DNA of 32,000 bases. Source: Sedimentisphaera cyanobacteriorum. Lineage in GTDB: Bacteria; Planctomycetota; Phycisphaerae; Sedimentisphaerales; Sedimentisphaeraceae. How positions within the stretch are numbered: position 1 is the stretch's first letter; every line of letters begins with the position of its first letter. Both the position numbers and the translations under genes were made by a program. Of this stretch, positions 9,910 through 15,273 are shown piece by piece. Below the pieces are notes generated by a model. It saw only the letters and a program-made list of their open reading frames with translations. It did not search any database and had not been told where the DNA came from. The stretch spans positions 1,050,001-1,082,000 of the forward strand of contig NZ_CP019633.1 of NCBI RefSeq assembly GCF_001997385.1, given 5' to 3'.

Positions 9910-10647
9910 ATGGGACCTTTACTCGAGGGACTTTACAAGCTGCAAATTGAAGAAGACAAGCTTCGAGGAATGAATAAACGTCTTGAACGTGCTCAGCGGG
10001 CCGTAGTGCTTCAGCAGAACAAACTCAAAGAACTCGAAGATAAACACGCCGGCACTCAGGAGGAAATCAAAAAACTCAAAAGCGAAGCCGATTCGCTTAA
10101 TCTCGAAATAAAAAGCAGGGAGGCGACTGTAGAGAAATATAAAACCGCACTGAACTCCGCTAGAAACAACAAAGAATATGCAGCAATCCTCACAGAGCTA
10201 AACACCAATAAAGTTGATAATTCTAAACTCGAAAACAAAATCCTTGAAATATATTCGGTTATCGAAGAGAAAGAAAATGAATGCACCAAAATAGAGCAGC
10301 AGATAGAAGAACAGAAAAAGACTATCGATGAGGTGAAGGAGAAAGCTGCCGATAAGATTAATGAATGCCAGGCCTCGCTGGAAGAAACACGTAAGAACTG
10401 GCAGAAAGCCGCTTCTGAGGTAGATAAGGAAACACTTCAAGTTTTCAAACGACTCTCCGAAACATACGACGGAGATGCAGTGGCATTTATAGAAAAGGCT
10501 GACCCGAAGAAAAATCTTTTCCACTGCGGCGGCTGTTTTATGGCGCTCACAAACGAAGTTTACAACAGGCTGCTGTCTAAGGATGAGATAATAAGATGTC
10601 CAAGCTGCAGCAGAATAATAATACTGAACCCCGAAGAAGAATATTAA
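9910..10647 (+). CDS. Coiled-coil protein with C-terminal C4 zinc ribbon (COG1579 / DUF164-type)
   Basis: 245 aa. The long heptad-rich region contains NNKEYAAILTEL. The C-terminus reads CGGCFMAL...(17 aa)...CPSCSRII, the typical architecture of this family. Confidence 0.7.
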   Translation: MGPLLEGLYKLQIEEDKLRGMNKRLERAQRAVVLQQNKLKELEDKHAGTQEEIKKLKSEADSLNLEIKSREATVEKYKTALNSARNNKEYAAILTELNTNKVDNSKLENKILEIYSVIEEKENECTKIEQQIEEQKKTIDEVKEKAADKINECQASLEETRKNWQKAASEVDKETLQVFKRLSETYDGDAVAFIEKADPKKNLFHCGGCFMALTNEVYNRLLSKDEIIRCPSCSRIIILNPEEEY

Positions 10648-11285
10648 TGGGAATAACACGCATTGCTATACTTCTCAGCGGCTCGGGCAGAACAATGGCT
10701 AATATCTCCGAGCAGATCGAAGAAGGCAGGCTCAATGCCGAGATTGCAGCTGTTGTAAGCTCAAGAACCGCCTGCAAAGGCAATGAGCGGGCAGAAAAGC
10801 TCGGGCTTACCCCTGAGATAATCCGTCCGAAAGATTTTGCAGACGTGGAGCAATTCAGCGGAAAAATCGCAGACCTGCTGAACGAGAAGCAGATAGATTT
10901 AGTCGTTCAGGCCGGCTGGCTCTGCTACTGGAAAATTCCGGAAAGATTTGAGAATAGAGTAATGAATATACACCCCGCCCTTCTGCCCAGCTTTGGCGGC
11001 AAGGGGATGTGGGGGCATCACGTCCATGAGGCGGTGCTGAAGAGGGGCTGCAAGGTTTCAGGATGCACAGTACACTTCTGCAGCAATGAATACGACGCTG
11101 GCCCGATAATTCTCCAGCGAACCTGCCCGGCCTTCGCCGAAGACACGCCGGAAAGCCTCGCTAAGAGAGTTTTCGAACAGGAACGTATCGCCTACCCTGA
11201 GGCAATTAGGCTGTTTTGCGAAGATCGTCTAACCGTTATAAATGGAATTGTGCATATAAAAGCAGCCAGCCAGCAAAACGATTAA
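10647..11285 (+). CDS. purN: Phosphoribosylglycinamide formyltransferase
   Basis: Motifs IAILLSGSGRT, HPALLPSFGG and GCTVHF are present. I place the start at the ATG at 10647 (MGITRIAIL...) rather than the track's 10596. The conserved N-terminus begins there, and the ATG overlaps the upstream stop as TAATG. Confidence 0.88.
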   Translation: MGITRIAILLSGSGRTMANISEQIEEGRLNAEIAAVVSSRTACKGNERAEKLGLTPEIIRPKDFADVEQFSGKIADLLNEKQIDLVVQAGWLCYWKIPERFENRVMNIHPALLPSFGGKGMWGHHVHEAVLKRGCKVSGCTVHFCSNEYDAGPIILQRTCPAFAEDTPESLAKRVFEQERIAYPEAIRLFCEDRLTVINGIVHIKAASQQND

Positions 11286-11381
11286 TACTATCTCTGCCCT
11301 GCCTGAAAACTGATTTCACTTTACATTCCTGCTTTTTTTCGTAATATTAAGCCTTCAATATGGAAGCTTATTTCAAATCTC

Positions 11382-11455
11382 GGGCGGTTAGCTCAGCTGG
11401 CTAGAGCATCTGGTCGACATCCAGGAGGTCATTGGTTCAAGTCCAATACCGCCCA
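11382..11455 (+). tRNA. tRNA-Val (anticodon GAC)
   Basis: Hand-folded cloverleaf. The acceptor GGGCGGT/ACCGCCC is perfect, the D arm is GCTC/GAGC and the T arm is ATTGG-TTCAAGT-CCAAT. The anticodon arm is TCTGG-TCGACAT-CCAGG with the anticodon at 11416..11418. The discriminator is A and no CCA is encoded. Confidence 0.85.
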
Positions 11456-11618
11456 TTCTGTCCACTTTTGCACTCAAACGCACTATGAAGCATTTGTTCG
11501 CATAAAGCATTACTCTTTAGATACTTAACAAACTTTTCAAAAAGCTGCTCAAGCTCCCTGCACCTTTTTTCATCTCCCTGCAGATACGGTTCAGGATACG
11601 GTTTACAAAGCCGAGCAT

Positions 11619-11639
11619 TAATTAGTCGTTCCTGAAAAA
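11619..11639. repeat. IS5-family element, terminal inverted repeat at the transposase-3' end
   Basis: Reads TAATTAGTCGTTCCTGAAAAA from the outside inward. Confidence 0.8.
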
Positions 11640-11670
11640 TCAATGATTTTGGGGAAACTAAAAAAATATA

Positions 11671-13035
11671 TCAGGCTAATCGAGTCTTTAATTTGCTTTT
11701 CATTGCCAAATTTCTGTAAAATTCAATAATTTTAAGCATAAAAATATAGGCAAAAGTAAACTTCTCTAGAAGTTTACGCATATTGTACCCAAAAGCGCTG
11801 CCGAGGGCGTTCATTTTGTCCCCTTCTACACCTTTCAAGAAGTTTCTTCCCAACCTGTTGTCTTCTTTGAGGTGGCCTATCGTTGGTTCTATGCTCGATC
11901 TTCTCTTAATCCACCTCTTGATACTTCGTTTCTTTTTTCGCCAGCCCTTTTCTACAATTTCAACATTTCCAATATCTTCGCAGCCATGTTTCTTGTATCC
12001 TCCATCAACATAAACATCTCCAAGCTTTTCTCTCCCGATTAAATTCATTGTCTGCTTCAGATTAGCCCGAAGAGTATGGCCATCATAAGGGTTTCCTTCA
12101 AAGCCCAACGCTCCTACGATAAAATTATTCTTGGCAGTAGTTACAATTCCAACCTTATTTCCAAACTCATATTTCTTGTGGCTTTTGCCTTTCCCAATGC
12201 AGCAGACGTGAGGTTCGTGAATACTGTAGAGTTTATTTTTGCTTTTCTTTGTCTGGGCTAAAAGCTTCTTAGCGGCTTGAAGCAATGTATCAAAAATTAT
12301 TCTTAACTGCTCATTGCCTGCTATATTCCGCTCGACCTCTTTCGTAATTCGCCGCAGGTAGTTCCTTAATTTCTTCACTTCTTTTTTAGCTCTTTTGAAC
12401 TGTTTTGCACGTCGATACCTGCCCTGCATTACATACGCCCTTTTCCCAACCCTTTCGTAGCTTTGGCGAAGTTGGAGTTTTGATGCTTTTGCAAGATCTA
12501 CAAGCTTAATGCGCAGTTTGTGGCAGAGTTTTGCGTCGGTCGGATAAGTGATGTTCTTCTGCTGAACGGTTGTATCTGCAACGAGCTTGTTGAAATCGTT
12601 CTTTTTGATAACCTTAAGCTTCAAGCCGGCTTTGATAGTTTCTTCGAGCAGCTCTTCAAGACCATCAGATTTTACCTTATTACGCCACTTAGTCATACTG
12701 GTTGGATCAATAGGAGGCTCGTGCTGGAAGTATCTTTCGCCGCAGAAATACTGCCAGTAAGGATTCTCAACCCAGCCGGCAACGATTGCTTCATCGCTGA
12801 GATTGAAAGTGTACTTGAGATACTGAAGGCCGACCATCAGGCGAATCGGCTTGGCCGGCCTGCCTGAATCAGGACTGTATAAACTGCCAAACTTCTCTTC
12901 AAAGCGAGACCAGTTGACAACCTCTGAGAGTTGGACTAAAGAGTGATCAGGATTTACAAGAGGTTTTAATGGCTGCTGAAAGAGTAAGCCTGCTTTATTG
13001 TTTTTTGCCTTCATTATTTTGTCCCAATATTGCAA
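11671..13035 (-). CDS. IS5-family DDE transposase (InsH-like N-terminal domain plus DDE domain)
   Basis: 454 aa. The N-terminus SGRPAKPIRLMVGLQYLKYTFNLSDEAIV...NPYWQYFCG is typical of the InsH/DUF772 domain. The C-terminus IEPTIGHLKEDNRLGRNFLKG..GD..NA is typical of IS5-group transposases. Confidence 0.9.
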   Translation of the reverse strand: MQYWDKIMKAKNNKAGLLFQQPLKPLVNPDHSLVQLSEVVNWSRFEEKFGSLYSPDSGRPAKPIRLMVGLQYLKYTFNLSDEAIVAGWVENPYWQYFCGERYFQHEPPIDPTSMTKWRNKVKSDGLEELLEETIKAGLKLKVIKKNDFNKLVADTTVQQKNITYPTDAKLCHKLRIKLVDLAKASKLQLRQSYERVGKRAYVMQGRYRRAKQFKRAKKEVKKLRNYLRRITKEVERNIAGNEQLRIIFDTLLQAAKKLLAQTKKSKNKLYSIHEPHVCCIGKGKSHKKYEFGNKVGIVTTAKNNFIVGALGFEGNPYDGHTLRANLKQTMNLIGREKLGDVYVDGGYKKHGCEDIGNVEIVEKGWRKKKRSIKRWIKRRSSIEPTIGHLKEDNRLGRNFLKGVEGDKMNALGSAFGYNMRKLLEKFTFAYIFMLKIIEFYRNLAMKSKLKTRLA

Positions 13036-13140
13036 TGTTTTGATAGATGTAAGATAAACACTTGCAATATTATACCATATCTCGAAAGCTTTTCAATCAT
13101 ATAAACCATTATCAGAAAAGAATTTAAGGAAATTTTAAAC

Positions 13141-13161
13141 TTTTTCAGGGGCGACTAATTA
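13141..13161. repeat. IS5-family element, terminal inverted repeat at the transposase-5' end
   Basis: The reverse complement reads TAATTAGTCGCCCCTGAAAAA from the outside inward. It differs from the other end only at positions 11-12 (CC versus TT). Confidence 0.8.
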
Positions 13162-13289
13162 CAGGCAGTAAGCAGATTTGATTAAAAGTATCTTTCTCTT
13201 AATTCCAGCTAATTTATAGACTTGCGAATTTGGCAAATGAAGTTATGTTTGTCATTAGATAATTATAAATTTAAGCAAATGGGGATCTA

Positions 13290-14294
13290 ATGACTTCACG
13301 CAAACTGGTAACAAAGACACTTGAGTTCGATAATCCTGAAAGAATTCCGCGACAGCTCTGGCTTCTTCGCTGGGCTGAGAATAATTATCCGGAGCAGGTT
13401 TCGAGAATAACGGAAACTTTCCCTGACGATGTAATTTCTTCTCCGAATTTTATTAAAACCAAACCGCAAACCTTTGGCGACCCCTATATTTCAGGCACAT
13501 ACAAAGACGAATGGGGCTGTGAGTTTTACAATAAACACGATGGAATTATGGGGGAAGTCAAATCACCTTTAATTGAAAAATGGGATGAGCTTTCCAAAGT
13601 TCGCCCCCCTTCTGAGATGCTCACGGTGGATAAAGAAAAGGTAAACAGCTATTGCAGCGAATCAGATAGATTTACACTTGCAGGCGCTGCTCCGAGGCCT
13701 TTTGAGAGGCTTCAGTTTCTCAGGGGAACAGAAAACGTAATGCTTGATCTGGCAATGCAGCCGCCTGAGCTTGAAACCCTTATTCATACAATTCATCAAT
13801 ACAACCTCAAGCTCCTTGAAACTTGGGCTGAAACGGATGTTGACGGGCTTATGTTTATGGACGACTGGGGTATGCAGAATTCGCTGCTTATTTCGCCGGA
13901 TCATTGGCGAAGGCTTTTCAAGCCGATGTACAAAGAGTATGCAGATATAGCCCGCTCAAAGGGCAAAAAAATCTTTATGCATTCCAACGGATACATATAC
14001 GAGATCCTTGAAGATTTGATAGAGATCGGACTTGATGCTATAAGCAGTCAAATATTCTGCATAGGCTTAGACAAACTCAGCGAAAAATTCAGCGGGCGGA
14101 TAACATTCTGGGGCGAGATTGACCGCCAGAGTCTCCTGCCTGAAGGCAGCACAGGCGATATAAGAAATGCTGTTCAAGATATATGCAGCAAACTCTACAG
14201 AAACGGCGGCGTTATTGCTCAGGTGCAATTCGGGCCGGGAGCAAAGCCGGAAAACGTTTATACTGCGTTTGAAGAATTTAATAATATACTGTAA
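13290..14294 (+). CDS. Uroporphyrinogen decarboxylase (URO-D)-like family protein of unknown substrate
   Basis: 334 aa. The layout resembles stand-alone URO-D/MtaA-like TIM-barrel proteins: N-terminal ...LEFDNPERIPR..., central DGLMFMDDWG and FMHSNGYI. This is a motif-level call only. Confidence 0.55.
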   Translation: MTSRKLVTKTLEFDNPERIPRQLWLLRWAENNYPEQVSRITETFPDDVISSPNFIKTKPQTFGDPYISGTYKDEWGCEFYNKHDGIMGEVKSPLIEKWDELSKVRPPSEMLTVDKEKVNSYCSESDRFTLAGAAPRPFERLQFLRGTENVMLDLAMQPPELETLIHTIHQYNLKLLETWAETDVDGLMFMDDWGMQNSLLISPDHWRRLFKPMYKEYADIARSKGKKIFMHSNGYIYEILEDLIEIGLDAISSQIFCIGLDKLSEKFSGRITFWGEIDRQSLLPEGSTGDIRNAVQDICSKLYRNGGVIAQVQFGPGAKPENVYTAFEEFNNIL

Positions 14295-14366
14295 AGAGCT
14301 GCAGGGAAGAGCAGGAAGGCAAAGGGGAAAGTGATGTTACCCCTTGTTATTGCAGCAGTTTGCAAG

Positions 14367-14404
14367 AAAAAAGCCCTTTCCTGCATAACCAAATAAAGAA
14401 GGGC
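14367..14404 (-). terminator. Possible terminator of the tRNA-Met/tRNA-Glu transcript
   Basis: The minus strand reads GCCCTT...(20-nt loop)...AAGGGC followed by T6. It begins 3 nt after the tRNA-Glu 3' end. The large loop makes it weak. Confidence 0.35.
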
Positions 14405-14407
14405 GAA

Positions 14408-14480
14408 TACCCCCTAGGAGAATCGAACTCCTGTTTCCGGGATGAGAACCCGACGTCCTGGGCCACTAGACGAAGGGGGC
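14408..14480 (-). tRNA. tRNA-Glu (anticodon CTC)
   Basis: The reverse complement GCCCCCTTCGTCTAGTGGCCCAGGACGTCGGGTTCTCATCCCGGAAACAGGAGTTCGATTCTCCTAGGGGGTA folds like E. coli tRNA-Glu. The anticodon loop is TTCTCAT. Confidence 0.85.
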
Positions 14481-14484
14481 ATAA

Positions 14485-14558
14485 TAGCGATGGGTGGAAT
14501 CGAACCACCGACCTTAGGTTTATGAATCCTACGCTCTAACCGCCTGAGCTACATCGCC
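14485..14558 (-). tRNA. tRNA with anticodon CAT (elongator tRNA-Met or lysidine-type tRNA-Ile2; not distinguishable by eye)
   Basis: The reverse complement GGCGATGTAGCTCAGGCGGTTAGAGCGTAGGATTCATAAACCTAAGGTCGGTGGTTCGATTCCACCCATCGCTA gives a standard cloverleaf with anticodon loop TTCATAA. It lies 4 nt upstream of tRNA-Glu on the same strand. Confidence 0.8.
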
Positions 14559-14576
14559 TTAGGAAAAGAATTAAGA

Positions 14577-14604
14577 ATTTTACAAAAAATCTGGCTGAGT
14601 TCAA
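14577..14604 (-). promoter_or_regulatory. Sigma70-type promoter candidate for the tRNA-Met/tRNA-Glu pair
   Basis: The minus strand reads TTGAAC (14604..14599), a 16-nt spacer, then TAAAAT (14582..14577). This ends about 19 nt upstream of the tRNA 5' end. Confidence 0.4.
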
Positions 14605-15006
14605 GTGCAATTTTAATAAAATTCCCGCCCTGCAGCTGAACAGCGGAGGAGAGATGTTTTTTTCAGCCGATAAGCAGCACTCAGATATTTCAGCCACTGA
14701 GAAACGCTAAGAAGCACTAAGGGTTTGACGAACCACTAATTCAAACTGATTTTTCACTGATGATTTTGCCACACGCCGCCAAATCTATCCGATTGTTTTC
14801 AGGCACAGGCGGACAGGCTCCCCGCCTTCGCCGGAATCCAAGTGCGGCTCTGATTTCCCTTAATATTACGCCACGATTTCACGATACGAAATATTTAAAC
14901 CGAGCAACGCATGAAATCCGTGCAATCTGCTGAATCTTCGGATGATATATATGCGAATTAATAGGTAACTTTCCTTATAAACACTTCGGAACTCGCAGCT
15001 CGCCTG

Positions 15007-15054
15007 CAACTACATATAGTATGAAAACTGAAAATGAAACACTAACTACAGTTC
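15007..15054 (+). promoter_or_regulatory. Distal pair of NrdR-box-like palindromes
   Basis: CAACTACATATAGTAT (15007..15022) matches the idealised palindrome ACACTATATATAGTGT, which I derived from the remembered NrdR consensus acaCwAtATaTwGtgt, at 12/16 positions. ACACTAACTACAGTTC (15039..15054) matches at 11/16. The centre-to-centre distance is 32 bp, the canonical tandem spacing. Confidence 0.5.
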
Positions 15055-15143
15055 TTTTTCAATAATTTAAAAATTTTTTCTGCTGTAGAGGCGTGTCAGT
15101 AAAAGGTTTACAGAATTGGCAGTTTTTTGCAGGAAATTCTTCC

Positions 15144-15172
15144 TTGAATTTGGGGCGGCAAGTTTTTAAAGT
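15144..15172 (+). promoter_or_regulatory. Weak sigma70-type promoter candidate for nrdJ
   Basis: TTGAAT (15144..15149), a 17-nt spacer, then TAAAGT (15167..15172). The predicted transcription start would fall just before the proximal NrdR boxes. Confidence 0.3.
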
Positions 15173-15181
15173 AGAAACCAA

Positions 15182-15228
15182 TCCTGCTATATCGTGCTTA
15201 GGGAGAATCCAAGCACTATATATAGTAT
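15182..15228 (+). promoter_or_regulatory. Proximal pair of NrdR-box-like palindromes directly upstream of nrdJ
   Basis: GCACTATATATAGTAT (15213..15228) matches the same idealised palindrome at 14/16 positions. TCCTGCTATATCGTGC (15182..15197) matches at 9/16 with a good right half-site. The centre-to-centre distance is 31 bp, and the pair ends 45 nt before the nrdJ ATG. Confidence 0.6.
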
Positions 15229-15273
15229 TATAACGAGTTAATATTTATGACAGACTAATAAAGGAGTTATACC

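Larger units (their letters stand above)
11619..13161 (-). mobile_element. Complete IS5-family insertion sequence (about 1.54 kb)
   Basis: A single transposase ORF is bracketed by 21-bp terminal inverted repeats with 19/21 identity. The target duplication is ambiguous: the ends sit in a TTAATTA/TAATTA context where a TA duplication cannot be separated from the repeat itself. Confidence 0.8.

Noticed and set aside
11437-11643. A 68-aa minus-strand ORF between tRNA-Val and the IS5 element, considered as a remnant of a gene disrupted by the IS.
   Set aside because: Its start codon (TTG) lies inside the IS inverted repeat and its 3' end overlaps the tRNA-Val gene. The other IS flank (13162..13289) has stops in all minus-strand frames, so there is no matching other half. 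It is most likely spurious.
14560-15273. A possible cobalamin riboswitch upstream of the B12-dependent nrdJ. GCCACTG-like and GGAATCC-like strings were noticed.
   Set aside because: The strings are in the wrong order and spacing for the B12 riboswitch core, and no B12-box-like AGCCAGGAGACCTGCC element is present. Biologically, B12 riboswitches repress B12-independent isozymes rather than nrdJ. An Rfam scan would settle it.
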